A stretch of DNA of 64,000 bases from Octopus sinensis (Eukaryota), in contig NC_043007.1 of assembly GCF_006345805.1 (NCBI RefSeq), positions 65,968,001-66,032,000 on the forward strand, in the 5' to 3' direction. Made by a program: the position numbers and the translations under genes. Positions 26,723 through 39,240 of the stretch are shown here, piece after piece. Position 1 is the stretch's first letter; each line of letters begins with the position of its first letter. Below the pieces are notes generated by a model that did not search any database, was not told the origin of the DNA, and saw only the letters and a list, made by a program, of their open reading frames with translations.

Positions 26723-26845
26723 GAGTGAGTGAGAGGACAGGGCATGCCATCAAAGTGACACTGTGGTAAAATACACGAAGCCGGTATATTCATCATGACT
26801 ACCCGTCTCATAAGAGTACACCCGGCACATGCATCACAGCCATAA
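26722..26845 (-). mobile_element. 5'-truncated ~560-bp element joined directly to an R4/Dong 3'UTR
   Basis: Same 3' end ...ctcactca|(TAA)n on the minus strand. Confidence 0.8.
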
Positions 26846-26849
26846 CGAA

Positions 26850-27445
26850 ATATTTTCATGTAGTACAACACAGACATTTAAATTGATAGGGTTTTTCTAA
26901 GGATATGGGCAGTACTTGTCAGCACAATCTTTTGGATTTTTCTGAGACATAGTTCTCCTGGGATATTATCTAGATGTTTCTGACATCCTTTTCTTATCAT
27001 ACCAAGGGCACCCACAATAACAGGAACAGTTCTCGCTTTAAGATGTCACATCTTTTGCATTTCAATTTCCAGGTCCTTATATTTACTTAATTTGTCAAAT
27101 TCCTTTACATATATATTTTTATCAGTGAGAACACTTACATCTATTAGTCTACAAGTATTTTCTTCTCTGTACTTAATGATTATGTCTGGACGATTTGTCT
27201 GGAAAATCCCAGAAGATAGTTACATACTAGTAAGCAGGGGTGCTGATTTTGTAGTGCTTACATACTGTCCTACACTATCGTGGTGATTTTTATATTCGTT
27301 TGGTATTAGCACAGGACATTCCGAAACGAGATGGTCTCTTGTTTCATCAAATTTATCGCAGAATCTGCAATTAGAGTCAGAACTGTTTTGAAGAACGTTA
27401 GCCTGGTAGATTTTGGTAAGCAAGCTTTGATCTTGTTCCACTAGG
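26850..27445 (-). mobile_element. R4/Dong LINE 3' fragment (CCHC plus REL)
   Basis: CRFCDKFDETRDHLVSEC, NRPDIII, LIDVSV, KYKDLEIE, VIVGALG, TAHILRK. Confidence 0.92.
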
Positions 27446-27530
27446 AAACCTTATTATATTGTTGTTGTTGTTGTTGTTGTTGTTATTATTATTATTATCA
27501 TCATCATCATCATTATTATTATTATTATTA

Positions 27531-27569
<39 letters not shown>

Positions 27570-27589
27570 CATCACCTTCATTACCATTT

Positions 27590-28085
27590 CCATTGACTCA
27601 TTGGCTATGGCAGATGTTATACCGACAATATACTAAAAGGTTGAGCTATATCAAATGGCTAAATGTCCTTTAGGTCGTTCCTTCTTCAACTTTCGAATAC
27701 TTTCCTTAAAATTCTAAGAAGGCTGTTTTGATGGTAATCCTAGCTTCTCAAGCCCTACATTCAACCTTTTACCAAACTGCTTCTAGTGCACCAACCACAA
27801 TCGGTGCTACATCTACGTGGCTGATTCTCCATAGTTACCTGATTTCCCACTTCAGCTCGTGATATTTCTCCTCTTTTTTTACTTTCCTTCTTATTCGCTC
27901 TCTGATCCTACTGTGAAGCAATATCCACAATAATTGCCTTGTTCTTTTCTACGCCAGAAATGTTAGGTCTTCTAGACACAATAAAATGTTCACATTGGAT
28001 GGTCATGTTCCAGAAGATCTTATATTGTTCGTTTTCAGTAACCCTTTCTGGTTGGTGCTCATACCGCTTCTCACTTCCACTCATA
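27590..28085 (-). mobile_element. R4/Dong LINE REL fragment (different subfamily)
   Basis: YEHQPERVTENEQYKIFWNMTIQCEH..SRRP..IVDIA..PIVVGAL. Confidence 0.85.
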
Positions 28086-28089
28086 TAAT

Positions 28090-28225
28090 ACTTACTGTGT
28101 GCCTTGGGTATATGCTCTGGTTTGTTGTGATGCTGTATTGTTTTACTGTATTGAAAATATTTTACGTAGAATGTGTGCGGTACTTAGTAGTGCTATTTTC
28201 TGTGTTATATATACTTGTTAGTCCT
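28090..28225 (-). mobile_element. R4/Dong extreme 3' fragment
   Basis: PGLTSIYNT..ALLSTAHILRKIFSI; similar to 4031-4262. Confidence 0.75.
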
Positions 28226-28228
28226 GGT

Positions 28229-28275
<47 letters not shown>

Positions 28276-28292
28276 TATTATTATTACTATTA

Positions 28293-28380
<88 letters not shown>

Positions 28381-28384
28381 GATT

Positions 28385-28850
28385 GAGTGAGTGAAAGAGC
28401 AGTGCATGCCATCAAAGTGACATTGTAGTAAAATATACGAAGCCCAGTATACCCATCATGACTACCAGTCTGATAAGGGTACACTAAGCACATGCATCAC
28501 AACCATATGTGCGAGACATGGTAATCTCATATCAAGATAAACTGCGCATGACCATGCAGGTGGGGCCCAGTTAGAATTTTCTTCGTGTCGAGTAGCCTAT
28601 CCTGCTCAAAAGGTCCTTGAATAAGGATTGTTTAAGGATGTTGAACGAACCACCCATGTTTCCAAAGGTGAATATCCAAACCTCCAAGAATTCCTTTCAA
28701 CATACGGCTAAGATGCTCGTGGTCAGAGATACACATATCGTCAGCCACTAAGGGACATGCTCAATGGTTAAGGTCAAAGAACTGATAAGAAAATCTGTGG
28801 TATTGAGCAGAATATTTCCTGTAGCCCATCTTTTATACCAAGACAAAAAA
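28385..28850 (-). mobile_element. ~560-bp TAA-associated element, longest contiguous copy
   Basis: Flanked by ATT repeats on both sides; same 3' junction as other copies. Confidence 0.88.
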
Positions 28851-28916
28851 ATGTTATTATTATTTAGTTGTTATTATTATTATTGTCATTATTTTATTAT
28901 TGTTGTTGTTGTGTTG

Positions 28917-28990
<74 letters not shown>

Positions 28991-28997
28991 GTTATTA

Positions 28998-29314
28998 TTG
29001 AGTGAGAGAGCAGTTCATGCTATCAAAGTGACACTGGGGTAAAATATGCGAAACCCCCCAAATCCTCTGAACACATGGCCTGGATGCTCCCCCACTACTT
29101 CTGCTCGTGATCAGAGATGCACATATCGTCAGCCACTAAGAGACATGCTCAACTGTTTAAGGTCAAGCAGCTGACAAGCAAATCTGTGGTATTGAGCAGA
29201 ATATTTGCTGTAGCCCATCTTTTATATCAAGATAAAACAATGCACATGATAACACTTCCAATCAGTTAAAATCAGAAACCTTGAGAGCCATTGTCTGGGA
29301 CTACATCAGGGCAT
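28998..29314 (-). mobile_element. ~560-bp element with longest 5' end and ~250-bp internal deletion
   Basis: Jumps from ...aaaatatgcgaa to acccccaaatcc relative to the 28385 copy; ATT repeats on both sides. Confidence 0.85.
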
Positions 29315-29316
29315 TA

Positions 29317-29414
<98 letters not shown>

Positions 29415-29487
29415 CAGTAGTAGCAGTAGTAGCAGTAGTACCACCACCACCACCACCACCACCACCACCACCACCACCACCACCACC

Positions 29488-29558
<71 letters not shown>

Positions 29559-29560
29559 TG
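29315..29560. repeat. Compound array (ATT)n(AGT)n(ACC)n(ACT)n
   Basis: Direct inspection. Confidence 0.95.
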
Positions 29561-30129
29561 CCACTGTTCATGCTACGAAAGCCAACATTTCACTTGTACG
29601 CTTCTAATGAAATTATGAGAAAGTCATTACTGCCACAAATTCATTATTAGTGGACATTAATTAAATACCAACAGCATTAAAATATCGTTATCAAAGCCAT
29701 TAATATAATCGTGTTCACAGTTTTCGTCGTCGTCGTCATCATCATCATCATAAGTTTAAACTTATCTATCATCATCATAATGAATATTGCCTTTTTGATG
29801 ACAATATTTAGTATTTTTTCTGTCAGTCCATGCGTGGCGCACATGCGAAATTGTTCCGGTTTGGCAGCCAGTACGAGCTACCGATGGATATTATAGATTT
29901 GATTTCTTATAAAGATGTTTCGCTACCTGGTCAGGTCAGAGTTTTGCTCCTCCTTGGTATTGTCGAACTAAAAAAGTTCGAATTGCATCCATCACTGACG
30001 GCGGTGTTTTGACACCATTTTTTGTCTTAAGCGAAAAACTTTCTCTTTGACAAAAGTGCAGTGAAAGGCCATTTGCCGGTTCAAATATCTCTGGAACATG
30101 TTTGAACTGATCTTAAGTTTTATTCACTC

Positions 30130-30900
30130 AGCCACTTCTTCACACACATAAAAATATCTTGAAATACTAAAGAGTACAACCACCGCCTCCAGACGACTTC
30201 GGAATCTCCCGCAACTCTTCTGGACGGTCGCATTGTTTAGGTCAGTAAATGCTGCCATAATCTTTGCCTTCAGTTCATCTTTGGTGTTACAAGGAGCTTT
30301 TTTGGCCTCAGCTCAACTGCGCCTTACACATAATTATCAAGGAGGTTGCAGTCTGGGGAGTTAGGTGGCCAGATTTTATGGGTAATGTAATCGCAAGAGT
30401 CACATGACAGCTATGACTGGGTTCTCCTGCTTCTGTGGCATTGTGCAGAGTCCTGTTGCCAGACATAGGATCTTCTAGCAGCCACTTTCCTGACCTTGGG
30501 CAGCACTACCTCCTCCAGGCACTTGATGTAGGCCTGTGTGTTGAGGCCGACTCCGTGTGAGAATTAGGAGGCATTACGTCGCCATCACTAGTGATCACTC
30601 AAAACACCATGTTGTTGACAGAATGTTAATTTTTTTTTACTTCTCTAGATACATGTCCTCAGATTGACACCCAAACACTCTGAAATGTTCGAATTGGAGC
30701 TTCCGGCGCGAATGTCAAGTAGTACAGCGTGTCGTTTCCAAATTTCTGGCTGAGTGAATTGTGTCATCGTGCTGGTTTTCTCACAGACGGTGCCCAACTG
30801 ACCCTACGATACTGTGTAGTCGACTAAATCAAAAACAACAATGTGCCTGCGCGAAATTAAAAATATAAAATGGTGACAATTTGCCCAACGCATTATGTAC
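30130..30900 (-). mobile_element. Internally deleted Tc1/mariner (maT/DD37D-like) transposon
   Basis: Minus strand: ITSDGDVMPP, QQDSAQCH, IWPPNSPDCNLLD, PCNTKDELKAKIMAAF, FRSRLEAVV; N-terminal piece MTQFTQPEIWKRHAVLLDIRAG near 30760. Confidence 0.85.
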
Positions 30901-31182
30901 GTGTATGTATATTTATATATATAAACTTTCATACATACACACACAGATATAAGTATGTGTATTCGTTTATTCTTTATTCTTTTACATGATTCAGCCATGA
31001 GACTGCAGCCATGTTGGGGCACGGCCTTTAAGAATTTTAGTCGAATGAATCAACTGAAATATTTTCTTTATTTTTTAAGCCTGGTACTTATTATATCGGT
31101 CTCGTTTTCGAAACTGATATCTTATGGGGACGAAAACACACCAACACCGGTTGCCAGACACACACACATACACACACACACA

Positions 31183-31220
<38 letters not shown>

Positions 31221-31599
31221 TATATATATATACGACGACCTTCTTTCAGGTTCCTTCTACCAAATCCAATCAGAAGGCTTTTGTCGGCCCTAGGCTATAG
31301 TAGAATACACTTGCCCAAATTTCTACGCCGTGGGACCGTACTCGGAACCATGTGGTTTGGAAGCAAGGCTCTTACCACATAGCCACTCGTATATATGTTT
31401 GTGTATACATACAAACTTTCTTCTTTCAGTTTCCGTCAACCAAATCTACTCGCGAGGTCTTGGTCTGCCCGAAGGTTATAGCGGAAAATACTCGACAAAG
31501 ATGGCACGCAGTGGGAATGAAGCCGGAACCATATGGTTGAGGTGCAATCTTCTTATCGCACGGCTACGCCTGCACCTACATGCACAACACACACACACA

Positions 31600-31830
31600 C
31601 ATGATGGGCTCTTCGGCAGAAGACGACCAATGAGAGTTAAACTTTTGCCGAACGACTTGCACAAATGATTTGCTTCCAGTGATCAAATGTTTGTGCTGCA
31701 CACTAGCTCACTCTCTCCGTTAAATCGACATTGCCTGAACAGGGGCACGGTGTGCCATGCGTTAGGTGTCAGGAGCAATGTGAGATGAAGTGTTTTACTC
31801 AAGAAAGCAACGCACTACCCGGTCTAGGAA
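31600..31830 (-). mobile_element. SINE with family C-like head region and different body
   Basis: gagatgaagtgttttactcaagaaagcaacgc is the reverse complement of the 25740 SINE segment; related copies at 46590-46745 (-) and 57425-57715 (+). Confidence 0.6.
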
Positions 31831-31967
31831 TGTGTGTGTATGTGTGTGTGTGTGTGTGTGTGTGAGTGTGTGTGAGTGTGTGTATAGTTGAAATAGAAAA
31901 ACAAAAGTCGAAGACAGGTGTGTGAACCACAAGCAAGTGTATTAGGTTGACGCCCGGGAAAAAAGCA

Positions 31968-32193
31968 AGTCTTTTACGTTTCGAGCCTACGCTCTTCAAC
32001 AGGAAGGAATAAGAGATCTACACAGAGAGAATGCAATATATATATATAGGCAGAGTTTACGAAAAAAACAAAAGACGAATACAAGTGGTGTACAAATGCC
32101 GGACCTCTGAACGCTACACGTTTTTTTTCATTTTCTCTCTGTAGATCTCTTATTCCTTCCTGTTGAAGAGCGTAGGCTCGAAACGTAAAAGAC

Positions 32194-32194
<1 letters not shown>
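31968..32194. mobile_element. Divergent pair of hammerhead-bearing PLE terminal fragments (inverted repeat)
   Basis: Arms 31968-32033 and 32129-32194 are near-identical reverse complements, each containing ctgttgaagagcgtaggctcgaaacgtaaaagact. Confidence 0.85.
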
Positions 32195-32228
<34 letters not shown>

Positions 32229-34479
32229 CTGAAAGGTTACTCAATACTTTCTGTGTAGTAAATATTTATTATATTTTTCACAAGAAAAGCGGTGAGAGTA
32301 ACTTCCTTAGATGAAAGATAGCAGACCAGAACTTCGAATTCACAGTCATGACACCTGTAAAAATATACTATAAATAAATATATGCACAAAGATATCTCCA
32401 CCACATATTGTTAATTGCCACTTGATTTTACCTTCACTACAAAAAGTGATATATATTCAACATGTCAACGGTTATGAGATATGATAATTATAACAGCAGT
32501 ATCCAACTTCTTTCTTTCGTTTTCTAATGCGGTGGAAGACTAGGGGCAGACGGAAGATTTCGAAAAATAAATAATAATGTTTCATAACGTTTGGATAAGT
32601 AAGGCGTGGCTGTGTGATAAGAAGTTTGTTTCCCAACTGCATAGTTCCGGTTGTGTTCCTCTGTCTGGCATCTTTGCAAGTGTCTTTTACTGTAACCTTG
32701 GGTCGACCAAAGCCTTGTCAGTAGATTTGTTAGATGGCAAATTGAAAGAAGCCTGTCAGATGAGTGTACGCGCGTGTGTGTGTGTATGCGTATTTGTGTT
32801 TGTGTTTATCCCTTTCCTACTCCAATTGAGAACCGTTGTTGGTTTGTTTACGTCCCAATAACTTGGCAGTTCGGTGGGTGGTAGGGTGGATAGATCCAAT
32901 AGAATAAGTTGCAGACTTTGAAAGACGTACCGGAGGCAATTTATTCGACTAAACTGCTCAGTGTGGTGCCCCTGCATTGATACAATCCAATAACTGAAAC
33001 AGCTAAAAGATAACAGATATTAAATGCAAGCTTGAGGTGGGACAGGAACATGCACGGTTATTACGGACAGTTTATCAGACATAACTAATGTTATGTGTCC
33101 TATTATTATGAGACATCCGGTGTACATAATTGAAATTGTATTTAAATTATTGATAGGATGCATAAGTTAAAACTCTATGAAACAAGTAACTGACCACTGT
33201 ATAACAAATATTTGCAATAACGTTAAAAACAGCAGCAGCAGTAGTAGCAGAAGCAGCAGAAGTAGCTGTTGCAAAAGAAACGGCATAACAGTAACAGTAG
33301 CAGCAGCAACGACAGTAACAGTAATAACAACAATATCAACGGAGAAAACGACAAGAATGAGATTAGCAAAAATAGCAACGGAAGTATAAAGGACAACGGG
33401 GAAAAACACAAACAGCACAACAGCAACGACATTAAAAGTAATAACAACAACATTGGTGAAATCGACGAGAATAACATTAGCAAAAATAGCAACGGAAATA
33501 CAAAGGACAACAGGGAAAAATAAAAAATATATTTGCACTAGCCGATTGCGTACGCATGTGTTTGGACATGAATATGTTGGACGAAAAAAGAAAATTGAAG
33601 AGATACGGCCATACGTCAACAAAGTGCAGATAAATATTATTCCCTAAAGAGTTTTGTGTAGAAATAGGCAAAAAAGACAATTAGGTTCAGATGGCATCTC
33701 CCACGAGTCAATGTGACTTAAAAACCCGTCTAGGGGAGATTTTGAAGCCATTAAATTAGACTGACAACTTATAAACTATGGGAGTAAAGGGAGCGGTGAT
33801 CTTTAGGGTTAGTGACGTAATTTATAACTCGAATGGACAGACTTGTGTGAGAAACGTCCATGCTTGTGCCTCTTTACAGATGTAAAATATTCGTAACGGT
33901 CAAGACTTGGGCAATAACATCAGAGTAGAAGACGTTCATAACATATATTTCAAGTCGTAGATAACATGGCCATATGTGAAACAGACTGGCTCAGGATTAG
34001 CATATTCTTCGAGGTGGTCGTAATGCCGAAAGAACAGAGGGTCATTAGGAATGTAAGGAGGTGCATTAGAAGAATTATTTGTTCATCGGATAGAATTCCC
34101 GGCGCTATTCATTCTGACACTTCATGGTTTGAGTTCAAATCCGGTTGAGGTCGACTATGTCTTTTATCTTTTCTGAGGTGGGTTGCTAAATAAATAACCA
34201 ATCCAATGCTGGGATTGATTCTTTTCCCGTTTTCTCTCGGTTTTACCTGTAATTCAGGAATCGAAACCCCAGATTTGCCTCATTGTATCATACTCATTCG
34301 GTCTGATAATAATGTTAAGTAAGAACGTGACTACGGAATACTCTGCCACTTACATGTTAATTTCATGACTAGAAATTAATTGGTTGAGCAGCTGAATGCT
34401 CAGCGTCGAGAATAATGGAAAAAACATTACCACCACAATTTTCGCCATTAACACCACTTCAAAGTAATCTTGATCTAGG

Positions 34480-35200
34480 ATGAAGTATTTTAGACGGATG
34501 GCGAAGAGCAAAAGGCTCTATCGGAAAGAGCAACAACAAAAGCAACCAATTAATAAACAATTACTGCAGGAACACCATCAAGGGCAGCAGGAAATTTTTT
34601 TAAATACTGGCCAGTATTGTTGCTTCCTAGCAACCAGCAACTAACACGTCGGGATCAAGCTTACAGCTTAAATGCGGTTGAACAAATTGGCCAGCTCCCT
34701 TCAAAATGCAGAAAGCGGTGGAGAAGAAACGCCATTCTGCAAAAGAAAATTTCTTTTGTAGAATGACGTTAGCTAGGCATCCAAGGTATGAACTGCTGTA
34801 CCGCATCATATTACGGTGTTGTGGTTGAAAGGGAAGTTTAAAACAAAAGATAAGTCATCAAGAGAAAAACAAACCACTGGAAAGAAGCTACAACTATCGA
34901 AATCGCATAAAGGTGAAAATCTACAACGGCATGTGATATCAGAAGACAAAACAACAAAATAATGTTTCCCTGGCACATCTGGGCCTCTCCAACTTTTCGA
35001 AAGAACAATGTGAAGTTAATGGTTAAGCTGACGGTCAAAAGAAAGAAAAATAATATGTTGCTTATGAAGATGGAAATTAAGGGTTTGTTGCATAAAACAA
35101 AAATGGATTGTGTACACATAAGGATAAAGAAGCTCTTGCTTTGCATATGGTAAGAAGTCCTTGTGGAGTTAAGTTAGTAACTTCTTGGAGAAGATTTCAG
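34480..35200 (+). mobile_element. Highly degraded R4/Dong-like ORF fragment upstream of RT
   Basis: Weak frameshifted similarity (TIE...RRQNNKIMF) to the region preceding RT in R4 ORFs. Confidence 0.4.
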
Positions 35201-35251
35201 GCGCTGTAAGAAACCAAGCTCCAGATAGTTACTAAATTATTATTATTATTA

Positions 35252-35307
<56 letters not shown>

Positions 35308-35318
<11 letters not shown>

Positions 35319-35750
35319 ACTCCGACTGCGACTTCAATGATGTTTGAGTGTGTAAATGACCAAAAAATGACAGATATGCAAGTTCAACATCTGAATAATT
35401 CGAGGTCAATGGATTTTGGCATGATACAAATCAGCAGGTCTAGGGTTTTCCACTCACTGATACCAGAGCGTTCTGGATTTACTACGAGGTTCACACCTGG
35501 TTTGGTTAGCTGTGATCGAAATGAGTTGTTGATAGTAGACCTAGATATTGAGAAAAGAATGATTTTAAGATATTTCGACAGTCGGTGATATTTGGCATTA
35601 GTAGTTGCTATGGCGGTTCCCTAAGGTATGTGACCGTTTATCCCTAGTGGCGGAGGCCCTATCAGAAGACTTTTTCAAGCGCCAGGGAACATTTTACTCA
35701 TTACTGGAATTGTATTTTAGACTTTAGGTATGAATAAAATACCTTCCCAA
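35308..35750 (-). mobile_element. CR1/L2-like LINE 3' end with (AAT)n tail
   Basis: Minus strand ISEWKTLD..I..SIDLELFRC resembles the CR1 ORF2 terminus; tail at 35237-35307. Confidence 0.5.
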
Positions 35751-35870
35751 ATGTGCCAACGTGGACTTCACACTACTTACATGGGGTTCAAATCAAGGTC
35801 GTATTTACATTTAGTCTACATCATGGAGTCCATCCATAAATTGAATGTGTGTGTGTATATATATATATGC

Positions 35871-35905
<35 letters not shown>

Positions 35906-36057
35906 CATATACATACGTATGTATGTGTATATATATATGTGTGTGTGTGTATATATATATATAAGAAATAATTGAGATTCAGTTGAATTAGGTACTTAAG
36001 TTGAAGTACCAAGTCAGTCTGGTATCATCCGCACAGCTCGAAGGTGAATAAAATCAG

Positions 36058-36608
36058 AATAAGCAACAGGATATCAAGTAGTGATGTAGTACGACCGTTT
36101 GGAGTGGCTCCATTTAATTGAACAATGCAATCATTACATAAATTTAAATGCAGTGCCATCATCAGCTGCGCAAATATATAAATAGTATTTTAACCAGTTG
36201 GACACTTTAATAAAGTTTTCTCAAAAGCAGTTACAGAGCAAGAAGATGGAAGAAATTCATATTGATGCTATTGTAGCTAAGAATATACTACAGTTCCAGG
36301 AAGCGCATGAAGACCATTGGGGTCATAGTTTAACCCCAATGGACTTCATTCTTGGAAGTGTAGTCTATTCTTAGCTACAATAGCGACAACATGAATTTCT
36401 TCCATGTTCTTGCTCTGTTAAAGCATTTGGGTAAAATTATATTATCATGTCCGACTGGTTAAAATACTATATATTTATTTGTGCAGCTGAAGATGGTACT
36501 GCATTTAAATTGATGCATTTAAATTGATGCAATTGTTGCAACGTTCAATTAAATGGAGCCGCCTGAAACGGTCGTATTTCATTACTACATGATATTCTGT
36601 TGCTTATT
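36058..36608. repeat. ~550-bp fold-back palindrome with a hammerhead-like motif in each arm
   Basis: Arms pair continuously into the loop ccattgggg-t-catagttta-a-ccccaatgg; right arm CTGAAGA(36487)...GAAACGGTCGTA(36565-36576); left arm reads CTGATGA...CAAACGGTCGTA on minus. Confidence 0.9.
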
Positions 36609-36638
36609 TCGAGAATGATAATGATGATGATGATGATG

Positions 36639-36699
<61 letters not shown>

Positions 36700-36965
36700 T
36701 ACTTCTATTAAAGCTGCAAAATTACCTCAAAAACTGTTACTCAGAGTTTCACGTTCTCGTTCGTTGGACATTTGTGATGAAAACTTTGGTATTCGAGCAT
36801 TATTTTTCCACCTTATTTTGCATTTATGTAATAAACTGTATGTATATGTTTGTGTGTAAATATATATATATTTGTGTGTATGTATCTAAGTATGTATATA
36901 TGTATATGTATGTGTATGTATGTATATGTGTGTGTATGTAGTATTTACGTGTGTCTCTCTGTCTG

Positions 36966-36996
<31 letters not shown>

Positions 36997-37009
36997 GTCT
37001 ATCTGTTTA

Positions 37010-37110
<101 letters not shown>

Positions 37111-37741
37111 AATATAGATAGATTCATAATGACAGATAGATAGATTGGTAGGCAGACAGATAGATACTCATATGTATACATATATAAATACACACATAGA
37201 CACACACACATATATATATTTACACAAGCATAGACACATATAAGTACGCGTGTATATAATTATGCATACACATATATAAGTACATATTCACTTGCATATA
37301 TATGCAGTGTGATATACATACACGACCACATATATATATTTAAAAACACACACACCTCACACACACATACCACGCACATATATGTATGTATGTATGTATG
37401 TATGTGTATATATATATATGAATGAACGAAATAAATAAATGAATGGAGGGGAGGGACAGTGGGAGAGGGTGCGAAGCGAGGCAGTTGGAAGTGTTCAGGG
37501 TCAGCAGACGTCTCGATCATGAATTGGTGACGAGGCTGATAGTGGATGGATTGGTATAAGTTTGAGAGAGGAGGGATGTGCAATCTTATGAAGATGAAGG
37601 AGGTTGGGAAGGATGAAGCCCATCTTTGGATAGGGTCGTTTACCCAACGTGATAATGAAAGTTATTCACAGGATCAATTAGTTCACAGTATTAACGGCGG
37701 TAGAAGCCGTGGTGGGGATGGTAAACATGTTGTTTTTGTTG

Positions 37742-37773
<32 letters not shown>

Positions 37774-37959
37774 CTTGTGGGGGGAAATATTGGAGAAGAT
37801 GGTGGTGATATTGGTTGGTAAAGCTGGTGATTGTGGTCATTGCTGCTGCTGCTGCTGCTGCTATTGTTGCTGCTTCTGCTACTGTTGCTACTTCTGCTGC
37901 TGCTGTTGTTATTGTTGTTGTCGTTGCAGGAGTGGTGTTAGCGGGAAGTAAACTTTATT

Positions 37960-38340
37960 GTGTTAGATAATAGTTATGTGATAGTTGGGGTGGGAGTTGT
38001 AGTTATGGTAGTGGTGTTGGTGGTGGTTGTGGTTGTAGTGGTAGTTGCTGTGGCGGTAGCTATGGTGGGAGTTATGGTGGTAGTAGTTAAGGTGGTGATT
38101 GTGGTGGTAGCAGTTATGGTTATGGTTGTAGTTGTGGTGGTCATGGTTATGGTGGTAGTTATTGTTGTGGTGGTTGTGATTGTGGTGGTAGTTATGGTTG
38201 TGCTGGTAGTTGCGGTTGTGGTGGTTGTAGTAGTGGTGGTTGTGATGGTTCTGGTAGTGGCGGTTGTTGTGGTTATGATGGTGGTAACGGTAGTGGTGTC
38301 GGCGATGACGATAATGACGACGAAAAGGCGATAGTGATGA
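37960..38340. repeat. Degenerate (GTG/GTT/GTA) trinucleotide tract
   Basis: Direct inspection. Confidence 0.9.
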
Positions 38341-38699
38341 CGCCGGTGATGATGTTTGTAGTGGTGGTGGGGTGATGGTGGAGGTGGGGTATTGCTATTG
38401 TGTTAGTGGAGCTTGGAAGGGTTGAGTGTTGGTAATAACGCAGGAAAGAAAGGCAGGAAGGAGGAAAGGAAAACAGTGTAGGAGAAAGAAAAAGAAAGAA
38501 AGGAAGGAAGAGAGAGAGAGAGAGGGGGGTATAAAATAAGGAGAAAGGGAGTAAGCCAAAGAAAAATTAGTAAGAAAAACTGGAAAGGTAAAGAGAAAGA
38601 AGACGGATAGTAAAAGAGAGATAAATGGGAGTATTAAAGATGGCGATTTGAACTAAGAGAGAGAGAGAAACAGAGAGAAACAGAGACAGAGAGACAGAG

Positions 38700-39240
<541 letters not shown>

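Noticed and set aside
29250-29314. HDV-like ribozyme at the 5' end of the 560-bp element
   Set aside because: Could not assemble P1/P2/P3/P1.1 pairing by eye; left unresolved pending a descriptor search
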